Part shown: piece by piece, positions 17,503 to 26,861 of the stretch | How positions within the stretch are numbered: the stretch's first letter is position 1 | Layout of the letters: each line of letters starts with the position of its first letter | The notes under the pieces: generated by a model | Databases searched by the model: none | Seen by the model: the letters and a program-made list of their open reading frames with translations, nothing else | What the model was told of the DNA's origin: nothing | Program-made: the position numbers and the translations under genes | NCBI GenBank assembly: GCA_036644995.1 | Contig: JAVXOZ010000005.1 | Span: 28,067-92,066 of the forward strand | Reading direction: 5' to 3' | Origin: Clostridiales bacterium | GTDB taxonomy: Bacteria > Bacillota > Dehalobacteriia > UBA7702 | Length of the DNA: 64,000 nt

Positions 17503-19316
17503 GGTGTTGAGCCCTCCTTTCTGCACCCTACTCCACAGCCACTGCATTTATCTTCCCAGCAGTGGGGAGTGGCTATTTCAGCTTGGGCATTTTCATATTC
17601 TTTTGCCAAGAATTTTTTAGAAACTCCACAGGAAATGTGGTCCCAAGGTAAAGGGGCATCCAAAGGAATAAGCCGTTGGGCATAAGCATTGGGATCAATG
17701 CCTGTTTTTGCAAAAGCTTGAACCCATAAATCGTTGTTAAAATATTCGCCCCAGCCATCCAGCCTTGCCCCTAATTTAAAGGCAGCTTCCAAAACATCGG
17801 CAATGCGGCGATCACCACGGGCGATAACTGCTTCAAGTAAGCCTGTATCAAAATCGTGATAATTAAGGCGGATACCCTTTTGGGTTTTTGCCCAATCCTT
17901 TAATTCATGCTGTTTAGCACGGATAGAATCACTTTTTTCCTGACCGCACCATTGAAAAGGGGTAAAGGGCTTGGGTATAAAAGTGCCCAAACTAACACTT
18001 ATATTTAAGCCTTTTCCTGCACGGGTTCGCACCTCTTTAATTAGGGTTTTTATACCTTCAATATCCTCTTGTTCCTCAAAGGGTAAGCCAATCATTATGT
18101 AATATTTTAAACTTTTAAAACCATTGCGATAAGCGGTAACTGAGGTTTCTAAAATTTCATCTTCACTGATATTTTTGTTGATTACATTACGCATACGGGC
18201 ACTGCCTGCTTCGGGAGCTAAAGTAAGAGTGCCTTTTCTCACTTTTTGCACCTCTTTTGCCAATTCCACAGAAAAAGCATCTATACGCAAAGAAGGCAAG
18301 CTCAGGCTGATGCCATCTTCGCTGTATTCTGCGGTTAAGGTGTGCACCAATTTATCAATATGGGTATAATCCATGGTGCTTAAGGAAAGCAAGCCCAGCT
18401 CATCATAGCCGCTATTGGCTATAACCTCTTTGGCATCACAAAGAAGGGTGGATAGGCTTTTTTCCCTGCGTGGGCGATAAATCATCCCTGCTTGACAAAA
18501 GCGGCACCCTCTTAAACAGCCACGGAACAATTCCAAAACCCCACGGTCGTGTATTATTTCGGAATGGGGAACCAAGGGATTGGTGGGGAAAACCGCCTTG
18601 TCCAAATCTTTTACATACCTTTTTTTAATAATTTGGGGGGCATCACCCAAAGGTATTACGCCGCCATCTGCCCCTATTTCGTAAAGAGAAGGCACATAAA
18701 AACCTTGAATTTTGCTCACCGCCGCCAAAAAATCTTGACGTGCATTATCATCTTTTTGCGGCTCCATGGTTTCGTAAAGTTCTAAAAATTCCAGCAGAGC
18801 ATCTTCACCTTCGCCAATTAAAAACACATCAAAAAACGGGGCAAAAGGCTCTGGATTATAAACACAAGGACCACCGCCAATAATTATGGGGTGGCGGTGG
18901 TTTCTATTTTCACTTCGCAAGGGTATATTGCCCAAATCCAATATATTTAAAATATTGGTTGCGGATAATTCGTATTGTATACTGAAACCCAGAATATCAA
19001 AATCACCGATGGGGGCATTGGTTTCCAAAGAAAAAAGCGGAGTTTTTTCCTCTCTGAGTAAAGCTTCTAAATCCGGGGCAGGAGCCATAACTCTTTCCAT
19101 GGTGTATTTTTGGGTTTTATTTACTGCTTCATAGAGAATACGCAAGCCAAGGTGGCTCATGCCCACCTCATAAAGGTCGGGAAATGCCATTGCCATGCGA
19201 ACTTTGCCGCCTTGAAAATCAATTTCCGGCATATTCCATTCTCTGCCGATATAGCGACCCGGTCGCTTAACTCTTTTTAAAAATCTTGCCACATTAATTG
19301 CTTTGTTTTCCTTCAT
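17487..19316 (-). CDS. TIGR03960 family B12-binding radical SAM protein
   Basis: 609 aa with CLRGCRFCQAG cluster motif and an N-terminal B12-like domain. Confidence 0.8.
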   Translation of the reverse strand: MKENKAINVARFLKRVKRPGRYIGREWNMPEIDFQGGKVRMAMAFPDLYEVGMSHLGLRILYEAVNKTQKYTMERVMAPAPDLEALLREEKTPLFSLETNAPIGDFDILGFSIQYELSATNILNILDLGNIPLRSENRNHRHPIIIGGGPCVYNPEPFAPFFDVFLIGEGEDALLEFLELYETMEPQKDDNARQDFLAAVSKIQGFYVPSLYEIGADGGVIPLGDAPQIIKKRYVKDLDKAVFPTNPLVPHSEIIHDRGVLELFRGCLRGCRFCQAGMIYRPRREKSLSTLLCDAKEVIANSGYDELGLLSLSTMDYTHIDKLVHTLTAEYSEDGISLSLPSLRIDAFSVELAKEVQKVRKGTLTLAPEAGSARMRNVINKNISEDEILETSVTAYRNGFKSLKYYIMIGLPFEEQEDIEGIKTLIKEVRTRAGKGLNISVSLGTFIPKPFTPFQWCGQEKSDSIRAKQHELKDWAKTQKGIRLNYHDFDTGLLEAVIARGDRRIADVLEAAFKLGARLDGWGEYFNNDLWVQAFAKTGIDPNAYAQRLIPLDAPLPWDHISCGVSKKFLAKEYENAQAEIATPHCWEDKCSGCGVGCRKEGSTPWDSE

Positions 19317-19330
19317 TGTAACCTCATATC

Positions 19331-19934
19331 TACATTAATTTACCTAATCAAAAATTTACCTAATCAAAACTGCCTAACAATATATCTAAATAAATCCACC
19401 CTAAAAAATATGTACGAGGAAATTTATCGTAGAAAACTTAACTTAGAAAATCTACCTAAACAAATCTACTTTAGAAAACCTATCTCAGCAAATCTACCTT
19501 AAACAAACTTAACTCAGAAAACCTACCTATCAAATCTACCTCAGAAAACTTACCTTTAGAAAATCTACCTCAGTAAATCTAACTCAACAAATCTATCTCA
19601 ACAAACCTACCTCGGAAAATCTACCTTAGAAAACTTACCTTAACAAACCTACCTCAGAAAATCTATCTCAGAAAATCTACCTAAGTAAATCTACCTCAGT
19701 AAATCTACCTATCAAATCTACCTAACAAATCTACCTAACAAACCTACCTCGGAAAACCTACCTTAGAAAACCTACCTTAGAAAACCTACCTTAGCAAACC
19801 TGCATAAACAAACCTATCTTAAATAAATCTAACTAAAAAAACTTACCTAAGAAATCTTACCTTAGCAAACTTAACTCAGCAAATCTATTTAAACAAATCT
19901 ACATTAATCTACCTTAATTAAATCCACCTAAGCC
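19331..19934. repeat. about 600-bp degenerate tandem array, about 43 units of 13-14 nt
   Basis: Unit AAAYCTACCTYAGN repeated head to tail, filling the whole gap between the M23 stop and the radical SAM start. Confidence 0.95.
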
Positions 19935-19936
19935 CA

Positions 19937-20584
19937 TTAATTTGCGGGGAAATAATTTATGGGATTTTTCTGGGTACCCTCCTCCAACACTTCAAAATGA
20001 AGTATTTCACTTTGAGGTATACCCAATACCGCCCCTTTTTCCACATTATCCCCAATATTTACCTTTGCTTCACCCAAGCGGCCATAAACCGTAGACCAAT
20101 CGCCGCTGTGCTGCACCGTAACCCAAAATGTGCTATCTTCATGGGTATCCACTGCGGTAATTTTACCGCTTTCCGCTGCTAAAATTTCGCTGCCCACAGG
20201 CACTTTTATATCCACACCACTGTGATAGGTTTCTTCACCTTTTTTGTTAAGCACAACCCCATAGCCTTCCACCACAACACCGGAAGATACAGGCAAAATA
20301 AATTCATTTTCGTTAATACCCAGCTTTGCTTTGCTAAAAACCGCCGCTTGAGAAAAAGAATTTTTGGCGGCTGCGGAAATTTTATCCATACCTGTTTTCA
20401 GCGATCCAGATGAAAACACATCTGTTTGAAATAAAATAACCGCCACAGCAATAATGCTTAAAATAACAATGATTTTACCACGGGGGGATTTTTGCCTATT
20501 TTTGCTGCCAAAACCACGATATGAACCCCAAGGCTTTTTTCTTCTGCCCATTTTATGTTTATGTTCTTGATAATAGCTTCCCAA
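19937..20584 (-). CDS. M23 family metallopeptidase, membrane-anchored
   Basis: HSGVDIKVPVGSEILAAESGKI M23 motif and one N-terminal TM. Start uncertain: TTG 20584 follows AGGAG, the alternative is ATG 20551, and the track start at 20716 overlaps rodA. Confidence 0.7.
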   Translation of the reverse strand: MGSYYQEHKHKMGRRKKPWGSYRGFGSKNRQKSPRGKIIVILSIIAVAVILFQTDVFSSGSLKTGMDKISAAAKNSFSQAAVFSKAKLGINENEFILPVSSGVVVEGYGVVLNKKGEETYHSGVDIKVPVGSEILAAESGKITAVDTHEDSTFWVTVQHSGDWSTVYGRLGEAKVNIGDNVEKGAVLGIPQSEILHFEVLEEGTQKNPINYFPAN

Positions 20585-20649
20585 TTCAATCACACTCCTT
20601 TGTCCTCTAATGGAATAATATTGGACAAAGGACTGATTTATGCCTGATA

Positions 20650-21861
20650 TCACGAAGTTTTTCTGCCTCGGAGCATAATGCTGAATATGACGCCAACTGC
20701 CATCATATTCACCCACAAACTGGTAACACCATAACTAAAGAAAGGTAAGGGCAAACCGGTAATGGGCATAATACCCATTGCCATGCCGGCGTTAACTAAA
20801 ATTTGGAATATCAACATCGAGCAAATTCCCGTTACAATCAAAGAACCGAAAAAATCTCTGGAAATAAAGGCAGCTCGCATTAAACGGATAAGAAATACCA
20901 TGTAAAGCACTAAAACAGCGGCGGTGAAAATAAAGCCCATTTCTTCACTTAAAACCGAGAAGATAAAATCCGTGTGGTGGGCAGGTAAAAAATTGCCCTG
21001 AACTTGGGTACCTTCACCATAGCCCTTACCAAAAATTCCGCCGGAACCAATGGCAACTTTACTTTGGATAATATGATAACCGCTGTCAAAGGGGTCCATT
21101 TGGGGGTTAATAAAAATCGCCAGCCGCATAAGCTGATAGGCATGCATGGGCAAAAACGGAATATCCCCTTCCAAAAGCACGGTAAAACCCTTGGTGTAAA
21201 CGTATAAACTGATATAAATAAATATAGCACAGCACAGTAAAGCACCGCAAACCCCAAAAAGAACTTTGCGGTTAGCACCTGCAACAAACAGCATTACCAT
21301 CATAATGAAAATAAACACCAAAGATGTGCCTAAATCCGGTTCAATAAAAACCAGCGCCGTGGGTACCATCATAAAGAGCATACTTTTTAACACAAATTTC
21401 GGTTCTTTTAAATGCTCCCTATTGTTGGATAGCCAAGCGGCAAAAACCACAATCATCACCAGTTTTGCCAGCTCTGAAGGTTGAAAACCAAAAAGCCATC
21501 TTTTTGAGCCATCACCTGAGCCAAAAAGAAAAACTAAAATTAAAAGCACAATAATGCCTATATAGGCAATTCTGGCATATTCTTTATAACGGCGATAATC
21601 AAAAAACATTACCACAAAGAAAATAACAGTGGCAGCCAACATTAAAATTGCTTGACGCCTAACGTAGTAATTGGGGTCCCCTGGTACTACATTGGTGGAA
21701 GCACTGTTTAACACAAATAAACTCACAAGTAAAAGTGCGGCAAAAAGCCCCAATGTGAGGTAATCTACTTTATTGGTAATCCCTTGGCTCTGCCTTATTT
21801 TTTGGCGTTGCTCTTTGGATTTTGGTCTAATTTTTTTGATATCATTCAAATTCAGCTTCAT
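20650..21861 (-). CDS. rodA: FtsW/RodA/SpoVE family peptidoglycan polymerase (RodA by context)
   Basis: 403-aa SEDS protein with about 10 TM segments, adjacent to min and mre genes. Confidence 0.8.
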   Translation of the reverse strand: MKLNLNDIKKIRPKSKEQRQKIRQSQGITNKVDYLTLGLFAALLLVSLFVLNSASTNVVPGDPNYYVRRQAILMLAATVIFFVVMFFDYRRYKEYARIAYIGIIVLLILVFLFGSGDGSKRWLFGFQPSELAKLVMIVVFAAWLSNNREHLKEPKFVLKSMLFMMVPTALVFIEPDLGTSLVFIFIMMVMLFVAGANRKVLFGVCGALLCCAIFIYISLYVYTKGFTVLLEGDIPFLPMHAYQLMRLAIFINPQMDPFDSGYHIIQSKVAIGSGGIFGKGYGEGTQVQGNFLPAHHTDFIFSVLSEEMGFIFTAAVLVLYMVFLIRLMRAAFISRDFFGSLIVTGICSMLIFQILVNAGMAMGIMPITGLPLPFFSYGVTSLWVNMMAVGVIFSIMLRGRKTS

Positions 21862-21955
21862 TGATTTTCATGGGCAAAAGCCCATCCTTCCACTTTTCAC
21901 TTGGATTTTTTTCTCTTTTTCCAAATTTATTTTAATTTGTTTTAACCTTACTTTT

Positions 21956-22240
21956 TTAATTTGTTTTAGCCTTACCTTGACGCATTTGGTTTTTGCTCAT
22001 GGGGATATTGGCAAATATTGCCACCTCGGAGCCATCTCGGTGTAAGGATACTTCCATGGCTTTTTTATCTATTGCCATATATTTTTCTATTACCTCTATT
22101 AAATCATTTTTTAATAAAGATAATTCACTGTTGCTAAGATTAATACGGTCTTGTACCAAAACCAACTGCAAGCGTTTTTTGGCAATATTTTTGCAATCCT
22201 CGCCGCTGTTTTTCTTCCATAATTTTTGAAATAAATTCAT
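21956..22240 (-). CDS. minE: cell division topological specificity factor MinE
   Basis: 94 aa, KKRLQLVLVQDR motif, lies after minD. Confidence 0.85.
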   Translation of the reverse strand: MNLFQKLWKKNSGEDCKNIAKKRLQLVLVQDRINLSNSELSLLKNDLIEVIEKYMAIDKKAMEVSLHRDGSEVAIFANIPMSKNQMRQGKAKTN

Positions 22241-22272
22241 AGTACCCTCCTTAATTTTATCTTAACGTCAAC

Positions 22273-23064
22273 TTAACGTCCAAAGCCATTGCGAATTTTG
22301 TGCCAAAGCCCAAAACCCATACGTGGCTCTACAAAGGGTACTGTTTCTCCTAAAATACGTCGGGCTATTGCTCTAAAACTTTTACCCGAACGTGAAAGTT
22401 CGTTTTTTGCTACGGGTTCGCCGCAATTAGTGGATATAACAATGGCTTCATCATCGGGAACAACCCCTATAAGCTCCACTGCCAAAATTTCTAAAATATC
22501 TTCCACATTCATCATATTGCCTTTTTTAACCATGTCGTAGCGTATTCTGTTAACAATAACACGGGGTTCGCCTATGCCTGCTGCCTCTAAAAGGCCAATT
22601 ACACGGTCTGCATCACGCACGGCACTAACCTCAGGGGTGGTAACCACCAAAGCTTTATCCGCACCGGCAATGGCATTTTTAAAACCCTGCTCAATCCCTG
22701 CGGGGCAATCAATAAGAATATAATCAAATTCTTCTTTCAAACGCAAAGTTAAATCCACCATTTGTTTTTGGGTTACATCGGTTTTTTCTCTGGTTTGAGC
22801 CGCAGGTATCATATATAGGGTATCCAACTTTTTATCCTTAATAAAACCCTGGCGCAAGCGACAATTACCTGTAACCACATCTACAAGGTCGTAAACAATG
22901 CGGTTTTCCAAGCCCATAACCACATCTAAATTTCTTAAACCAATATCGGTATCCAGCAATATTGTTTTTTTGCCCATTGCCGCCAAAGCGGTGCCGATAT
23001 TTGCGGTGGTGGTGGTTTTTCCCACCCCACCTTTACCCGAGGTAATTACGATGACTTCACCCAT
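22273..23064 (-). CDS. minD: septum site-determining ATPase MinD
   Basis: 263 aa with the deviant Walker A SGKGGVGKTT. Confidence 0.95.
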   Translation of the reverse strand: MGEVIVITSGKGGVGKTTTTANIGTALAAMGKKTILLDTDIGLRNLDVVMGLENRIVYDLVDVVTGNCRLRQGFIKDKKLDTLYMIPAAQTREKTDVTQKQMVDLTLRLKEEFDYILIDCPAGIEQGFKNAIAGADKALVVTTPEVSAVRDADRVIGLLEAAGIGEPRVIVNRIRYDMVKKGNMMNVEDILEILAVELIGVVPDDEAIVISTNCGEPVAKNELSRSGKSFRAIARRILGETVPFVEPRMGFGLWHKIRNGFGR

Positions 23065-23088
23065 GTTGTCCTCCTCTTTTTTTGGAAA

Positions 23089-23448
23089 TTAAATAGTTTC
23101 TATAACCACTTTACCCTTTTTTAATCTTGCGATTTTAGGGCGGCTACCGCCTAAGCCATAGTATCCTTGGGGGGGACAAGTTATATGGTTGCCAATCCGT
23201 AATTGGGTTGGCAAGAGTAAAAGAGCCAAAACCGTGGTTTTTTCATCACCGTGACAGCCGCTTTGCACCATGCCACGGAGTGCACCGAAAATCAAAATAT
23301 TGCCGCCTGCCACAATTTCCGCACCGGGATTTACATCACCTTCCACCACAATATTGCCGTGAAATTCGATTTTCTGCCCGGAGCGTACCGGCCCTTTAAT
23401 CAAAATAGTGTTTCCCTCGTCTAAATTATCAATTTTTATTTTAGCCAT
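23089..23448 (-). CDS. minC: MinC, C-terminal beta-helix domain only (119 aa)
   Basis: Start ATG 23448 lies 7 nt after GGAGGA. GPVRSGQKIEFHGNIVVEGDVNPGAEIVAGGNILIFGALRG is the MinC C-domain. The PBP2 stop at 23519 leaves no room for an N-domain. Confidence 0.8.
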   Translation of the reverse strand: MAKIKIDNLDEGNTILIKGPVRSGQKIEFHGNIVVEGDVNPGAEIVAGGNILIFGALRGMVQSGCHGDEKTTVLALLLLPTQLRIGNHITCPPQGYYGLGGSRPKIARLKKGKVVIETI

Positions 23449-23518
23449 AATATCGTCCTCCAAAGGATTTAACAACAATAATTATAGCTTATTTAACTAA
23501 TTAAACCAAGATTTTTTT

Positions 23519-25846
23519 TCACCCATTATTCGACTCCGCACCAGCGTTATTCGACTCTGAGTCAGTGTTTTTCAAATCCGCATCGGTTTTATTTTCCGAG
23601 CCTGCATCTTTATTGGATTTTACATTTTCAGAAACGATAAGGTCGTAATCCACCTTATAGCCAAAATAGGCTTCAAAAGCGGCTTCACAAACTTTACCTG
23701 CGGTGGGACCGCCATGCTGGCCATATTCCACCAAGCCTGCATAGGCAATTTGGGGGTCATCCGCCGGGGCAAAAGCAATAAAAACACCATGGTAATCGGA
23801 ATCGTTATTATCTTCTGCCAGACCTGTTTGGGCTGTTCCTGTTTTACCTGCGGGTTGTAGCTCCAAGGGTAAGCCTTTAAATAAATTAGAGGCAGTACCC
23901 CCACCTTCACCACTAACAACATCTTTCATGGCTTGGGTAATATTTTTTCGTATTTCATCGGTTAATTTTAAATTATCAACTTCCGTAGGTTCATTGGAGA
24001 CTAAAACATTGCCTTTATCGTCCACTATTTCATCCACCAAATGTGGTTGCATCCGAGCACCACCATTTGCTAAAGTAGCAGCGTAAGATGCTAATTGCAG
24101 CACGGTATCGGCATTTGCTCCTTGTCCCATAGCGGTATAATAGGTATCATAAATCTGCCATTGAGATTCCCAACCGGAGTTCTTTTCGGCTTTTAATTGA
24201 GGTGAGGGTAAAACCCCTGCAACTTCCCCTGGCAAATCTATATTGGTTAATTGACCAAAACCATATTTTCTACCTGCATCCAGTAGTTTATCTTCCCCAA
24301 TCCGAGCTGCCATAGTTTGGAAATAGGTATTGCAGCTCCCTGCGGTGGCGGTAAAAAAGTTAACGGTGCCATGGCTATCCCAACACCCTGCCATGGGTTT
24401 AACCGCATTAGTTGGCCCTGTGCAAGCCACGCTATCGGTAACAGGTATACCTGCTTTTAAAAGAGCAGTGGCACAAACCAATTTAAAGGTTGAACCCGGT
24501 GCATATTGACCTGAAATGGTTCTGTTCATTTGGGGTTTTAGTTTAGAATCGAAATAATAATCAACTTCTTCTTGGGTTAGCCCCCGCACAAAATCGTTGG
24601 GGTCCACAGAAGGGGCACTTGCCATGGCAATAACACCACCTGTGTGCACATCCAAAACCACGGCACTACCTGCTTTACACTTGGCATTCCCTGCGGATGC
24701 AATAACCTCTTGCAAGGCATCTTCCATGTATTTTTGGGTATTTAAATCTATTGCTAATTTTAAAGAATTACCGCTAATGGGTGGTTCTTCAGAAATTACA
24801 CTGCTTATATTGCCACGGGCATCAACTTCCAGATAGCGTTTGCCATCCTGACCACGTAAGCCCATTTCCTTGCCATCCTTGGTGTAGTGCTCGTAATAGC
24901 TTTCTAAGCCACTTTTACCCACGGTATCCGTAAGCTCATAACCGTAAAGGTCTTTTTCTTCTTCCAGTTGTTTTTCACTTATTTTACCCACTGTACCCAA
25001 GGTTTGCCCTAAATAAAAACCAAAGGGATAAGTGCGCATTGCCTCCTCAACCACGTATACGCCGGGGTATTGGTCTTTATTTTCCGCCACTATTTGGGCA
25101 ACTTTTATACCCACATCATAGGTATAGCTTCTCACGGAAACAGGTTTGTAATTATTACCAGAAGATGGCAGCATATCCTCTATTTCTTTAGGTGTTACCT
25201 TTTCATTTTTAGATATTGTGCCATCGGCATTTTTTATAGTGCCTAATTTTTTATTTTTAGCTTTTTTAGTATCTGTGGTATTTTCATCAGTGGTTTTGTT
25301 ATCTGTGGTTTCGCCATCGGCAGTTTCCCCATCAACAGTTTCGCCATTGGCAGCTTCAGCCAATGGTTTGCCATCTATGGTTTCACCTTTTTTCGCAGCT
25401 TCAGCTTTTTTGGCTTGGAGTAAAAGTTCCTGATTTTTTTCCACAGCTTCGGCAACGGTGCTTTGGCCAATAACAGAACGGGCTTCTTCTTCGGCTTCAA
25501 AAATATCTTTACGGTTGAATAAAGCAGATAAATTTTTAGCTAATTCCTCACCGTCTTTCACCTCATCCATATAAACATTTACGCTCATAATAGGTTCGGA
25601 GCTGGCTAAAATATTGCCGTTTTTATCGTATATTACACCACGTCGTGCAGGTATGTTTACCACACGGTCTATATTATTGGTGGCTTTAACCGCATAATCT
25701 GCACCTTGGACAATTTGCATAGTAAATAAACGCCCAATAAGCACCACAAATATTACTATTATCAGTGCGTAAACCAGCATTAATCTTTTATTTACCATTT
25801 GTGTTGGACGTTCGGCTTTTACGGCTTCCTTTTTACTCATTTCCAC
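23519..25846 (-). CDS. mrdA: penicillin-binding protein 2 (elongasome transpeptidase)
   Basis: 775 aa with an N-terminal TM, STFK active-site motif, and low-complexity insert and tail. Confidence 0.85.
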   Translation of the reverse strand: MEMSKKEAVKAERPTQMVNKRLMLVYALIIVIFVVLIGRLFTMQIVQGADYAVKATNNIDRVVNIPARRGVIYDKNGNILASSEPIMSVNVYMDEVKDGEELAKNLSALFNRKDIFEAEEEARSVIGQSTVAEAVEKNQELLLQAKKAEAAKKGETIDGKPLAEAANGETVDGETADGETTDNKTTDENTTDTKKAKNKKLGTIKNADGTISKNEKVTPKEIEDMLPSSGNNYKPVSVRSYTYDVGIKVAQIVAENKDQYPGVYVVEEAMRTYPFGFYLGQTLGTVGKISEKQLEEEKDLYGYELTDTVGKSGLESYYEHYTKDGKEMGLRGQDGKRYLEVDARGNISSVISEEPPISGNSLKLAIDLNTQKYMEDALQEVIASAGNAKCKAGSAVVLDVHTGGVIAMASAPSVDPNDFVRGLTQEEVDYYFDSKLKPQMNRTISGQYAPGSTFKLVCATALLKAGIPVTDSVACTGPTNAVKPMAGCWDSHGTVNFFTATAGSCNTYFQTMAARIGEDKLLDAGRKYGFGQLTNIDLPGEVAGVLPSPQLKAEKNSGWESQWQIYDTYYTAMGQGANADTVLQLASYAATLANGGARMQPHLVDEIVDDKGNVLVSNEPTEVDNLKLTDEIRKNITQAMKDVVSGEGGGTASNLFKGLPLELQPAGKTGTAQTGLAEDNNDSDYHGVFIAFAPADDPQIAYAGLVEYGQHGGPTAGKVCEAAFEAYFGYKVDYDLIVSENVKSNKDAGSENKTDADLKNTDSESNNAGAESNNG

Positions 25847-26861
25847 TGTTCCTCGGTTTTTTCTTTTTCATATCTTTTTTTTGTTTGTTTACTTTTTTAT
25901 TTACATTTTTAGGTTTATTTTTAGCTTTTTTAAATTTCTTTTCCTGTTGGTTTTCATATTCATCATCGTGATAGCTACGTTCTTGTTTTTGGGAATAATC
26001 CGGGGCATAGCCATAATTTTGGTTTATATAGTAGCCTTCTTCATAATAGTTATGACCACCTTTTTTTGCATTTTTAGGATTATTTTGTTGGCTATGTTGT
26101 TGATTATTTTCTCTGTTATCACGTTCTTTAGCATTAGCTTTGGAATTTTTTTCATGGTTATGGTGATGCTTTTTAGAAGTTTTTTCTTTATATTTTTTTT
26201 CATCGTTATTTAAGCTTTTTTGTTGATGATTATTTTTCTTATTATGATTTTTACGGTTTCTGCGGTTTTGGTCTTTTCTTTCTTCTACATATTCCATATT
26301 TACTTTATCGTTATTGGTAACCAAAACAATGCCGCCGCCAAACATATCCACAAAGCCAATTTTCAGCCCACGAAAACGCCGATAGAGGAAAATTAAGGGG
26401 AAAGATAAAGTAACCAAAAGACAATTATAAAAGGTATAAGGCACAATTATTCCGCCCAAACTCAAGGCTAAGTGCATATCGGTGCCTGTCATCCCAAAGA
26501 TTATGCAAAATATAAAACCCGAGAGCAACCCTGCAAATAAATTGGCAAAAAATATACCGGGATAAGTTTTAAAATTCATTTTTTGCCCAAGTGCACCCAT
26601 TAAATAGCCTAAAAGCCCATAGGTTAAAATGTGTATGCCAAAAGTGCCCCCTATTAACAAATCCGCCCAAAACCCCACTATGGCTCCGACTACTGCACCA
26701 TTATTCCTACCTGAATGGATACCTGCCGCCACGGCTATGATTAAAAGCAAATCCGGTTTTACACCGAAAATTGTTAAATACGAGAAAAATTCTGCTTGAA
26801 AAAATATACCTAAAAGTCCCAAACAGCTATAAAAAAGATAAGGAATGACATAGAGCATCAT
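25833..26861 (-). CDS. mreD: rod shape-determining protein MreD with a ~165-aa basic low-complexity C-terminal tail
   Basis: The N-terminal ~175 aa are a polytopic MreD-like membrane domain placed after mreC. The rest is K/N/H/Q-rich. Confidence 0.75.
   Translation of the reverse strand: MMLYVIPYLFYSCLGLLGIFFQAEFFSYLTIFGVKPDLLLIIAVAAGIHSGRNNGAVVGAIVGFWADLLIGGTFGIHILTYGLLGYLMGALGQKMNFKTYPGIFFANLFAGLLSGFIFCIIFGMTGTDMHLALSLGGIIVPYTFYNCLLVTLSFPLIFLYRRFRGLKIGFVDMFGGGIVLVTNNDKVNMEYVEERKDQNRRNRKNHNKKNNHQQKSLNNDEKKYKEKTSKKHHHNHEKNSKANAKERDNRENNQQHSQQNNPKNAKKGGHNYYEEGYYINQNYGYAPDYSQKQERSYHDDEYENQQEKKFKKAKNKPKNVNKKVNKQKKDMKKKKPRNSGNE

Noticed and set aside
19331-19934. A CRISPR array as an explanation for this and the other repeat arrays
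   Set aside because: The units are contiguous and degenerate, with no alternation of constant repeats and unique spacers. The units are too short (13-45 nt with no spacers). No cas genes or leader are present in the window.
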